Shown in pieces: positions 31,121-39,199 of a DNA stretch of 64,000 nucleotides. Positions within the stretch are counted from its first letter, which is position 1, and each line of letters starts with the position of its first letter. Where the stretch lies: positions 192,001 through 256,000 of the IMG/VR virus record IMGVR_UViG_3300028888_000047, one strand, 5' to 3'. Origin of the DNA: a virus. Lineage: Duplodnaviria > Caudoviricetes. The notes under the pieces were generated by a model. It did not search any database and was not told the origin of the DNA. It was given only the letters and a program-made list of their open reading frames with translations. The position numbers and the translations under genes are program-made.

Positions 31121-34100
31121 TTATTTTTCTTCATCAAATTTGTTTTTGAGTATTGAAATTTCCTTTTCAAGTGCTGCTATCTTAAGTAGAAGAAGACCAG
31201 TATAATCAACTGACCTTATACCATTCTCATCATAATGCACAAGTTCCTCAAGTCCAAGACGTTCTACATCCTGTGCTATAACACCGTATACCTTTCTTCT
31301 AGAAGGGTCGCTCTTATAGTAGAATGACTTAAGTTCAACCTTGCTTACTCTTGAGATTTCCTCACCTCTTATGTAGTGTATGTCATCCTTAAGAGTTTCA
31401 TCTGAAGAAGTATACATACCACCGGTTGATGTGATTGTACCGTTGACACAAAGATTATTACTTATGTTTAAGCAACTAGAAGACCAATCACTAAGATGAG
31501 AAAGACTGCTTGGTATCACAATATTAGTACCGCTATTAGTGTTATCACAACTAGCTCCTGGGTCGTAAGTACCAGTATTTGCGGAACCATTAGACCAAGT
31601 AAGTGTTCTCCTATTCAAATGACTAACACATGTAGGTATGCTAATATTTTTATCGGCAGATGTATTGAACGTAACGCTTCCACTCTTTCCACTTGTTGCT
31701 TCATATGTTGCGGTTAATGAATTGTGAGGTGCTGTCAAAGAAGTTGATGCACCAGGAATATAATCATACGATAAACCATTATGAACAAGAGTTAATTTAC
31801 CTCTACTTCCCAAATCTCCTAACTTAGAAGGAATATCAACAGTGGTAGCCGCTGAAGTATTGTAAGTGGTAGAAGAACTTCTATCACCAACATTTACGCC
31901 ATAATTAATTGTTAATGCGCTGTGAGGCGACGTAAACGTTGCGTTAGATGCAGGGTCAAATGTTCCACTAAATCCATTATGACTATATGATAATGTTCCT
32001 CTACTAATGTGTGACACAGCAGTTGGGACTGAAACTGTTTTATTTGCCGATGTGTTATAAGAATCATTTGTCTTACTTGTAACATCCACACCATACTCAA
32101 TGGTTAATGCACTATGAGGCAATGTAACTGACTTGTCACTTGCAGGGTCAAACGTATCTGTTAAACCATTGTGAACAACTGTAAACTTACCTCTATTTAA
32201 GTGGTTAACTGCTGTTGGTATACTTATTGATTTATCTGCTGATGTGTTGAATGAATCAGTACCACTCTTTCCACTTGTTGCTTCATAAGTCCAAGTTAAT
32301 GAACTGTGAGGTAAAGTTAATGCGGTAGATGCCTTAAATGGGTCAAATTCTGCGTTTGTTAAGCCATTATGTGTAATGTTTAACTTATAAGAATTCAAGC
32401 TGTGTACAGCGTTACTCTTAGAGAATGTCTTATCGCCATTTGGGGTTACAATTTTCACCGTTGTATCGGCTGAAACATGTATCTTTTGTCCATCATAATC
32501 AGTGGTGAAATTAATCGCGTTAGTATCATCGAAAGAATGGTCTTGAACAAGATTATTAGCTGGAAGATAAACAGTCTTATCGTCAGAATGACCTGTAGAT
32601 GGATTAAATACGTTCCACACTAATTTAATATACCACTCGCAAGTTTTATCGCCAGCTGTACAAGCAGTGAATGAGCTACCACTTGCATGGCCATTTACAA
32701 TTGCTACATCCTTCAAAATATGGTCCTTTGGTATATCAATCCTTACTGTATTACCATTTTGGTCTTTGACCTGCTTTCCATTTTGCCAAAGTTCATACCA
32801 CTTAAGGTTCTCATCTGTTGCAGCATAATCGCCAACCTTAAACGTGACTTCGCCTCTATTCATTACCTCACACAATGCAGCGTTGACGGTTGTAGAACTC
32901 AATTCGCTTGTGCAATCTGGTGTAAAATAAAGCTTTTTACCATTATCTATGTATACATCATTTTTAAAATGAGTAGTGCCGCTAATATTTGTATTACCAG
33001 TAACATTAAGATTATTAGTTATGTTAGTATTACCTGTAATATTTGTGTCTCCACTAATATTAGTTGTACCACTTATGTTAAAATTAGTTACTTTATTATT
33101 AATGGTTGTAGTTGTATTATTGATTGTTGTGAAGTTGTTGTTGTTAGTAGCACCACCTTCATTAATAGTTGCGCCTGATATGTTTACAGTAGTTGCGGTT
33201 GTAGAACCGTTACAATCAATACCAACATTTGTTGTAGCACCATATACATTAGCTTTAGTAGAGCCGCTTACACAAATATTTGCACCATTCAAATCATAAT
33301 TTGTGATGTTAAAATTACCATTAGTGAAGTTTTCATTTAAAGTAGTTCCGCCTTCATTAATAGTTGTACCAGATACATTTATTGTAGTAGCTGTAGTACC
33401 ACCGCAATCAACGCCAACATTTGTTGTAGAGCCATAGAAGTTAGCCTTTGTTGAGCCACTTACACAAACATTAGTAGCATCAAGGTCGTAATTAACAGCA
33501 TCAACGTTAATTGTTGTTCCTGATACATTAATTGTTGTACCTGTTTCGTTAATTGTAGTACCATTGATGTTCAACGTAGTAGTTTGACCGCCATCAGCGC
33601 AATTCTTACCTATATTAGTCTTTGTTGCACCAACAAATGCTGCTGTTGTTCCTGCACTTTCACAAAGTGTATCTTTTGCAAAAACCTCAACATCACCACC
33701 ATTTCCTGTAGACTGAATGGTAACTTTATTATTTTCACCATTTGTTTCAATAGTGGTTGAACCAGTAGAAACCACTGTGGTGTTTCCTGTTGTATTAACA
33801 TTGTAATTACTACTATTGTTCTCTGTTAATACACCTGTTGTGTTTTCAGTCTTAGCAGAAAGATTATTTTCTATAACAATACCCTTCTTATTTTCTGTAG
33901 TAGTGCCACTGTGGTTTTCAGTTACGTTACCAATCTTAGTTTCGGTAGTTGCGCCGCTTGTAACAAGTGTGTATGTGCTTTGGTTATTTTCAGACACAAT
34001 TCCCTTTCTATCAATTGTTGTCGTGCCACTGTGACTTTCTTTTACGTTACCAACCTTAACTTCGGTTGTGGTTCCTGTTGTGTTAACAATAACATCACCT

Positions 34101-35599
34101 GTTGTGTTGACAGTATATCCTGACTGATTATTCTCAGTAACTTGACCTTTGAATGTTTCTGTAGTAGTGCCACTTGTGGTTCTTACAACATTGTTCTTAT
34201 TATCCTCGGTAACGATTCCTGTACGTGTTATATTTGTAGCACCAGTAGTATTAATATTATGGGTGCTCTTGTTGTTTTCTGTTACAACACCGTCAGTTGT
34301 TTCCGTTTTAGTTGCATTATTGGTAATTGTAACAGCCCCAACCCTTGTTAAGTTAGTTGTACTACTGTTAGTTTCTGTAACCGCGCCAGTCTTTACTTCA
34401 GTTGTAGTACCAGTAATGTTAACATTTACATTACCTTTTACGTTTTCTGTAGTATTACCACTTGTATTTACAGTTTTATTAGATAGGTTAGTTTCTGTTA
34501 CATTACCATCATTTGTAGATGTCTTAGTACCTACAGTATGTGTTGTAATATTACCACTTGTGTTTATAGTTTTATCAGCAAAATTGTTCTCAACAACATT
34601 CCCCTTTTTATTTTCTGTTGTTGAACCACTGTGGTTTTCTGTAACGTCACCTATCTTGGTTTCAGTAGTTGTGCCACTTGTAACAACTGTAACAGCACTA
34701 CTATTATTCTCAAACACATTGTTGAATCTATTAACGGTAGTTACGCCTGTTGTATTTTCTGTTACATTACCTTTTTTATTTTCAATTGTATCACCTGATG
34801 TATTTGTGGTTACGCTTCCATTAGTGGTAACTGTTTTGCTGTTAACGTTTGTTTCAGTTACATTACCTCTTCTAACTATGCTTGTAGTTCCTGTGATGTC
34901 TAAGCTTGAATCGCCACTTACTTTTGTAGTATCAGTTCCGATAGTTGCTGTTCTTGTCGTAGCTGTTTGCTTATAATCATCATTACTAAACGTTGCGTTT
35001 GTGGTAGTAACCATTAAAGTGTGACCTGTACGAGTACCTGTACCATCACCATTTGTGATTGTGGTATTACCACTAAGGTCTGTTTTATCAGTAACAGTTA
35101 ATGAACTAAACGATGGGTTAGCGCCAATCATAGCATAACGAGACATATCAATAGCAAAACCTGCGCCATCAGTATACCCACTATCGGATGTTGGGTTAAC
35201 TGACTTATTATATATATCCTTAGAACCGTTAATATCTCCATGTTTTGGGGTATTACCGGCAACTACTTGGTTAAGCTTAATCACAATATTAGATTTATTG
35301 CCAATAAGGTCGTTATTGGTTATACCATATGAACCAAAACTATCGACAGTGCCTTCAGGACCAACTTCACCACGAACTTGACCTTTATAAGGCACAACTT
35401 CTTTCTTCTCCACCCAATCAATTATTTGTTCGTCTGAAGAAAACCTAACAACTTTGTCATTTGTGTTTTTAATTGAAAGAAATTCTTTATCTTCTGCGTT
35501 GTTAACCGCAATTTCACCAACCTCAAGAGTGGAAGGTGTTGGCTGCTTATCAGGAACACTACTATGTATGTGTTGCAGCTTTTTTCTGTCTTTTGCCAT
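31121..35599 (-). CDS. long tail fibre/spike with beta-helix repeats and C-terminal intramolecular chaperone (peptidase S74-like)
   Basis: 8-residue T/N/G/V repeats resembling the gp5 triple beta-helix; SSDETLKDDI...GVIAQDV...VDY then coiled coil. Confidence 0.85.
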   Translation of the reverse strand: MAKDRKKLQHIHSSVPDKQPTPSTLEVGEIAVNNAEDKEFLSIKNTNDKVVRFSSDEQIIDWVEKKEVVPYKGQVRGEVGPEGTVDSFGSYGITNNDLIGNKSNIVIKLNQVVAGNTPKHGDINGSKDIYNKSVNPTSDSGYTDGAGFAIDMSRYAMIGANPSFSSLTVTDKTDLSGNTTITNGDGTGTRTGHTLMVTTTNATFSNDDYKQTATTRTATIGTDTTKVSGDSSLDITGTTSIVRRGNVTETNVNSKTVTTNGSVTTNTSGDTIENKKGNVTENTTGVTTVNRFNNVFENNSSAVTVVTSGTTTETKIGDVTENHSGSTTENKKGNVVENNFADKTINTSGNITTHTVGTKTSTNDGNVTETNLSNKTVNTSGNTTENVKGNVNVNITGTTTEVKTGAVTETNSSTTNLTRVGAVTITNNATKTETTDGVVTENNKSTHNINTTGATNITRTGIVTEDNKNNVVRTTSGTTTETFKGQVTENNQSGYTVNTTGDVIVNTTGTTTEVKVGNVKESHSGTTTIDRKGIVSENNQSTYTLVTSGATTETKIGNVTENHSGTTTENKKGIVIENNLSAKTENTTGVLTENNSSNYNVNTTGNTTVVSTGSTTIETNGENNKVTIQSTGNGGDVEVFAKDTLCESAGTTAAFVGATKTNIGKNCADGGQTTTLNINGTTINETGTTINVSGTTINVDAVNYDLDATNVCVSGSTKANFYGSTTNVGVDCGGTTATTINVSGTTINEGGTTLNENFTNGNFNITNYDLNGANICVSGSTKANVYGATTNVGIDCNGSTTATTVNISGATINEGGATNNNNFTTINNTTTTINNKVTNFNISGTTNISGDTNITGNTNITNNLNVTGNTNISGTTHFKNDVYIDNGKKLYFTPDCTSELSSTTVNAALCEVMNRGEVTFKVGDYAATDENLKWYELWQNGKQVKDQNGNTVRIDIPKDHILKDVAIVNGHASGSSFTACTAGDKTCEWYIKLVWNVFNPSTGHSDDKTVYLPANNLVQDHSFDDTNAINFTTDYDGQKIHVSADTTVKIVTPNGDKTFSKSNAVHSLNSYKLNITHNGLTNAEFDPFKASTALTLPHSSLTWTYEATSGKSGTDSFNTSADKSISIPTAVNHLNRGKFTVVHNGLTDTFDPASDKSVTLPHSALTIEYGVDVTSKTNDSYNTSANKTVSVPTAVSHISRGTLSYSHNGFSGTFDPASNATFTSPHSALTINYGVNVGDRSSSTTYNTSAATTVDIPSKLGDLGSRGKLTLVHNGLSYDYIPGASTSLTAPHNSLTATYEATSGKSGSVTFNTSADKNISIPTCVSHLNRRTLTWSNGSANTGTYDPGASCDNTNSGTNIVIPSSLSHLSDWSSSCLNISNNLCVNGTITSTGGMYTSSDETLKDDIHYIRGEEISRVSKVELKSFYYKSDPSRRKVYGVIAQDVERLGLEELVHYDENGIRSVDYTGLLLLKIAALEKEISILKNKFDEEK

Positions 35600-35769
35600 A
35601 ATTTTATTTAACTAAATAGTTTATTAAGAAAAGCAAGTAAGGACTTGCTTAAATTATTATTTAATTATAAATATTATGCCAATAACAAAAGAACATTATA
35701 AATTGTAAGGTTTATAACGTTTTTTCAAATATTGAAAAAAACATTATTTTTCCTATTTTTTATATAAAA

Positions 35770-36087
35770 ATGGGATACGTTTATTTAATTGGGGAAAAGG
35801 AAAATCCGGGAAGATTTAAAATAGGTTCAACAAGAGCAAAAGATGTTAATAAGAGATTGAAGCAATTGCAGACAGGAAGCTCATCAGAATTATATATAAA
35901 AGATTGTTTTGAAACAAGTCAGCCGTTTAAGCTTGAAAAAATGCTCCACAATCACTTTAATTCATCAAACATTATAGGTGAATGGTTTGAACTATTTGAA
36001 AGCGATACAGAGGCTTTTAGAGGCATCTGTGAGGAAAAAATGACTATCATTGAGTCATTGAAAGATAATCCATTCTATTTTAAATGA
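35770..36087 (+). CDS. GIY-YIG-like T5orf172/MUG113 domain protein
   Basis: GYVYLI...FKIG.T...RLKQLQTG...LH.HF...GEWF. Confidence 0.85.
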   Translation: MGYVYLIGEKENPGRFKIGSTRAKDVNKRLKQLQTGSSSELYIKDCFETSQPFKLEKMLHNHFNSSNIIGEWFELFESDTEAFRGICEEKMTIIESLKDNPFYFK

Positions 36088-36243
36088 AAAAAGCAGTTTG
36101 GTCACGGTCCAAACTGCTTAATTTCTTCGTCTATATCTTCTAATATTTTCTTTCCTTTTTTCTCCCCATAATAATGAAGAATCATTCTATTGCTTTCTTC
36201 ATCTTCAGAATTATACAACCATTTAAGACCTCTATATATTTCT

Positions 36244-36681
36244 TTAATCAAGTCTTTGTTTATTTGTGTCGTCATGTGTGTTTTTTTCCAAATTAATTCG
36301 CTTTCTTTCTTCTATTTGTTCTTTTCTCTTTTCTTTTATCAGTTTTTGTTGCAACTTTTTTGCAATAATATCTGCGTGGCATTTACCAGGTTTACAAAAG
36401 CACCCAAGATACACATCTTTTCCTGTTTTATAGAACTCATATATTTCATCAAATGCTTTTGTGAATTCTTCATCATACCCATACATTTCATCGAAATACA
36501 TTTCATAAGCCGCAATGGCTTGTTCTACCGTTGGAAAAGACCTTTTTGCAATATTTGTTCGTTTTCCTTGATGCGTGAATGGATTTCCAAGCGGTGAATC
36601 ATTATATTTGCTTCTACCTACATAGAAGTACCCATCTTCGCCTGTTTTGTCTTCCGTTTTTATGTTTATAACATGAATCAT
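36244..36681 (-). CDS. DUF4326-like protein
   Basis: YVGR...SPLGNPF...LGCFCKPGKCHAD. Confidence 0.8.
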   Translation of the reverse strand: MIHVINIKTEDKTGEDGYFYVGRSKYNDSPLGNPFTHQGKRTNIAKRSFPTVEQAIAAYEMYFDEMYGYDEEFTKAFDEIYEFYKTGKDVYLGCFCKPGKCHADIIAKKLQQKLIKEKRKEQIEERKRINLEKNTHDDTNKQRLD

Positions 36682-37091
36682 TATTCTTCCTTCCAAGTAA
36701 AATTAAACTTTCTTGTTTTTGTCCAATACTTTTTAAAATCTTCCGCTTCATTTATATGCTCGGATAAAAACGCTTTCCATTTGCAAGATAGTCTATTTTC
36801 TATGCTGACTTGATTAGTTCCATATAAATAATTATACATCCAGTGGTATCTATAATGGAAAAAATGTCTTATGAACCCATTTAAAGTGTATTTACGATTA
36901 TATAGAAAATCATCAACAAATGTTTTTGATGTTTTTCTTCTTTTTCGTATAGTTCCTGGAATGCGTTCGCTTGAGAGCCTATTATACCTTAATTCATTTT
37001 TCCAAAATTTTAGCAACCTTGGTTTAACGCTGCCGTCAACATTTCTATATTCGCTTTCAATAAAACGCAAGAAAACTTGAGTTGCCGTCAT
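36681..37091 (-). CDS. hypothetical protein
   Basis: 136-aa basic ORF. Confidence 0.65.
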   Translation of the reverse strand: MTATQVFLRFIESEYRNVDGSVKPRLLKFWKNELRYNRLSSERIPGTIRKRRKTSKTFVDDFLYNRKYTLNGFIRHFFHYRYHWMYNYLYGTNQVSIENRLSCKWKAFLSEHINEAEDFKKYWTKTRKFNFTWKEE

Positions 37092-37093
37092 AA

Positions 37094-37303
37094 TTATTTT
37101 AAACTTTTATCAACCAAATCCAACAATGAATTAATCTCATCGGGCGAAAGCTTTGACACCTTATCTCCAACTTTTTTGAGTTTGTTTGTATCAATCTTCC
37201 CACTCTGAACTGCTGTCAAAAAGCTCTGAGTCATTGTAAATTGCTCCGGTGTCATCATTGACTTTATTGCTTTTTTTACAAAAACGTTGTCTAAAATACT
37301 CAT
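37094..37303 (-). CDS. hypothetical protein
   Basis: 69-aa ORF in operon. Confidence 0.65.
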   Translation of the reverse strand: MSILDNVFVKKAIKSMMTPEQFTMTQSFLTAVQSGKIDTNKLKKVGDKVSKLSPDEINSLLDLVDKSLK

Positions 37304-37770
37304 ATTCGTCTTTTAATTTAATTATTAAACCGTGTATAAATTCTATTATAAAATCTATATTCACAACAATCAAAAATAAACAAAACAAAACAGTTAGAAT
37401 CAATACGCCATCAAAAAATAGTCCTATTATTCCTCCCATAATTTTATTAACTTAGTTTTTTATTTTATTTTTTTCAATCCATCGATAATATCTTCCATTT
37501 GTTCTTCCGTAATAAATACATCTGAATCAAAATGTCCATATTTATCATATAAAGTTAGTCTATATGCTGGTAAATCATTTTTCAATCTATCTTCAGAATA
37601 ATCAAGACTAACCCTTTCAGTGTCTACAAAATATTCCATATCTATTCAATTTTAAATTATTATTTTGAATAAATATGTCATAAACGTAAAAAAATACCAT
37701 ACTTACCAAATATACAAAAAAAACCTTAAAGAAACAAATCTTTAAGGTTAAATAATGTTAAAATAATCTG

Positions 37771-37858
37771 TTATGAGTGCAAGATTCGAACTTGCGGTGA
37801 GTTATTAACTCACACCGGAGCCAGAATCCGGCGCCTTAAACCCCTCGGCCAACTCACA
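37771..37858 (-). tRNA. tRNA-Gln(CUG) with a class-II long variable arm
   Basis: Acceptor TGTGAGT/ACTCATA plus A73; D arm GCCGAGGGGTTTAAGGC; anticodon arm CCGGA-TTCTGGC-TCCGG; variable arm GTGAGTT-AAT-AACTCAC; T arm GCAAG-TTCGAAT-CTTGC. Confidence 0.85.
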
Positions 37859-37863
37859 ATTTA

Positions 37864-37970
37864 AGCTGAAACCCTAGCTAGTTAAATGATTACTAAACAT
37901 CTTCATCGCCCTTGGGATGACTATCTACGACCTCTCGTACTATCAGCACTTTCACCATTTGGCTTCAGCT
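37864..37970 (-). ncRNA. unassigned ~107-nt multi-stem structured RNA
   Basis: Closing stem AGCTGAAGCC/GGTTTCAGCT, nested AAATGGT/ATCATTT, hairpins TACGA-GAGG-TCGTA and TCATC...GATGA; no ORF. Confidence 0.5.
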
Positions 37971-37979
37971 ATATTATAA

Positions 37980-38216
37980 CTAATCCCACCCCCATATTTC
38001 ATGTGACATTGGAAACCTCATTGACATTCTTTTCACAAAACTATCATTATACCATTTTTTCTTCCTGAAATACCATTTAAATTTACTATGATTTCTTCCT
38101 AAGACATGAGCAGTTGTTTTTCTCCATGACTGCCTGGCATACCAAGGTCTCTTTGTCTTTTTCAACATTTTTCTCCAAAACTTTTTTGGGGTGTTGAATT
38201 TTTTGCCTTTACTCAT
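37980..38216 (-). CDS. small very basic K/R/W-rich protein (78 aa)
   Basis: Start reassigned to MSKGKK because the longer ORF overlaps tRNA-Gln. Confidence 0.6.
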   Translation of the reverse strand: MSKGKKFNTPKKFWRKMLKKTKRPWYARQSWRKTTAHVLGRNHSKFKWYFRKKKWYNDSFVKRMSMRFPMSHEIWGWD

Positions 38217-38221
38217 ATTTG

Positions 38222-38296
38222 CCGGGGCAAACCGAGTCGAACGGTTTCTAGGAGTTCCAAAGGCTCCTGTGACATTTGCCGATACACCATACCCCG
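38222..38296 (-). tRNA. tRNA-Gln(UUG)
   Basis: Acceptor CGGGGTA/TGCCCCG plus G73; anticodon arm GGAGC-CTTTGGA-ACTCC; T arm AACCG-TTCGACT-CGGTT; enlarged D loop. Confidence 0.85.
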
Positions 38297-38306
38297 TTAT
38301 TTGAAA

Positions 38307-38326
38307 TGCCATTACACCATAGGGCA
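38307..38326 (-). pseudogene. 5' fragment of a canonical tRNA-Gln
   Basis: TGCCCTATGGTGTAATGGCA resembles the acceptor strand and D arm start of bacterial tRNA-Gln; no 3' half follows. Confidence 0.5.
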
Positions 38327-38344
38327 GTCCTATTACTCATATAC

Positions 38345-38376
38345 AAAAAATCCCATCAGTATTTCTACTAATGGGA
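38345..38376 (-). terminator. intrinsic terminator of the putative Gln attenuator
   Basis: TCCCATTAGTA-GAAA-TACTGATGGGA-TTTTTT immediately upstream of the tRNA-Gln genes. Confidence 0.85.
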
Positions 38377-38418
38377 ACATTTTATGAAAACATCCTTGGA
38401 AAAGGTCAATACAATATC

Positions 38419-38448
38419 TGTATCAACCGTTCCCATATGGTTGATACA
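38419..38448 (-). promoter_or_regulatory. protector hairpin holding the anti-terminator strand
   Basis: TGTATCAACC-ATATGGGAAC-GGTTGATACA; the loop ATGGGAAC is complementary to GTTCCCAT (38371-38378), which overlaps the terminator 5' arm. Confidence 0.7.
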
Positions 38449-38450
38449 AC

Positions 38451-38489
38451 TTAAATCTGTTGTTGCTGTTGTCGTACTATATTCTTCAT
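38451..38489 (-). CDS. poly-Gln leader peptide MKNIVRQQQQQI
   Basis: ATG AAG AAT ATA GTA CGA CAA CAG CAA CAA CAG ATT TAA, 7 nt downstream of the ATATTTAT motif (38497-38504). Confidence 0.75.
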   Translation of the reverse strand: MKNIVRQQQQQI

Positions 38490-38521
38490 CTTATTTATAA
38501 ATATTAAATTGTTTTAAATTG

Positions 38522-38605
38522 TGCGCCTAGTCAGATTCGGACTGACACGCATATTTCAGCACAAGTTCCTAAGACTTGCGAGGCTACCGGTTACTCCATA
38601 GGCGC
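38522..38605 (-). tRNA. tRNA-Leu(UAG)
   Basis: GCGCCTA/TAGGCGC plus A73; CAAGT-CTTAGGA-ACTTG; long variable arm; atypical T loop TCCGAAT. Confidence 0.85.
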
Positions 38606-38610
38606 AAATT

Positions 38611-38894
38611 ACTGTTAAACGAAATTAAGTCATAGAATCATACACTGTTTATTTTGGATTCGGTATCAAGCTCCAAAGCACACAACGGTTGCATTTTCGA
38701 TTCAAGCTTTTGCCACTTTCACTAGGAAAGTCGGATGCGTATACACCTAGGTATACGGTTACGGTTCGTGTCTTCCGATTTTATCGCAGGAGAGTGTGTC
38801 GAGGTGTTTTATCTTATCAATACTCCCTCAGTAAAGGTGAATAACTTCTTTACCTATTGTGCAGGGAGACCTTTTCAACTTTCCGCTTAACAGT
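38611..38894 (-). ncRNA. unassigned ~285-nt structured RNA
   Basis: Terminal helix ACTGTTAAGCGGAA/TTTCGTTTAACAGT, internal hairpins such as CGTATAC-CTAGGT-GTATACG, raised GC, no ORF of 60 aa or more, located between tRNA genes. Confidence 0.5.
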
Positions 38895-39027
38895 TATTTT
38901 CTCCTTGGATGGGCTTTTTATTTTGCATATTAGCCCACCTAGTCTCTATTTTTTCCCTTAATCTCTTTTGGCGATTAATCTCATTCTGCCAAATTACAGG
39001 GTTTTCTACATCTAGTAAAACTTTCAT
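38887..39027 (-). CDS. small protein (46 aa, not in ORF track)
   Basis: MKVLLDVENPVIWQNEINRQKRLREKIETRWANMQNKKPIQGENNC with A-rich leader. Confidence 0.5.
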   Translation of the reverse strand: MKVLLDVENPVIWQNEINRQKRLREKIETRWANMQNKKPIQGENNC

Positions 39028-39062
39028 TTTTTGCAAAAATTTTAGGAAAGAATTTTATATCT

Positions 39063-39163
39063 ACCGCCGTGTCTACCAATTCCACCATACTACGGATAGA
39101 TATGGTTGTCTATTTCCCGTAGCAATGGGATTCGAACCCATACGGCTCATTTCGTCCAGCGGT
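39063..39163 (-). ncRNA. circularly permuted tRNA-Leu-like RNA lacking an anticodon loop (YrlA-like topology)
   Basis: Order is 3' half (ACCGC-variable arm-ATGGG TTCGAAT CCCAT-TGCTACGG), 20-nt hairpin linker, then 5' half (CCGTAGTA-TG-GTGGAATTGGTAGACAC-G-GCGGT). The halves are mutually complementary. Confidence 0.75.
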
Positions 39164-39199
39164 TTCCTTGCTTAATTATTACTTGCTGTTACTTTCCTT

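Noticed and set aside
32687-34976. Long plus-strand Val/Leu-rich ORFs
   Set aside because: These are antisense shadows of the Thr/Asn-rich repetitive tail fibre gene. The same applies to antisense ORFs over dnaK and other genes.
9144-35599. Diversity-generating retroelement targeting the adhesin genes
   Set aside because: No reverse transcriptase and no TR/VR pair differing at adenines was seen in the window.
38217-38312. N-terminal extension of ORF 37980-38312
   Set aside because: It overlaps a well-formed tRNA-Gln(UUG); the ATG at 38216 is the better start.
38611-38894. RNase P RNA
   Set aside because: GGAAAG and GACTTA resemble P4 words but simply extend the terminal helix; P2/P3 spacing and other conserved RNase P motifs were not found.
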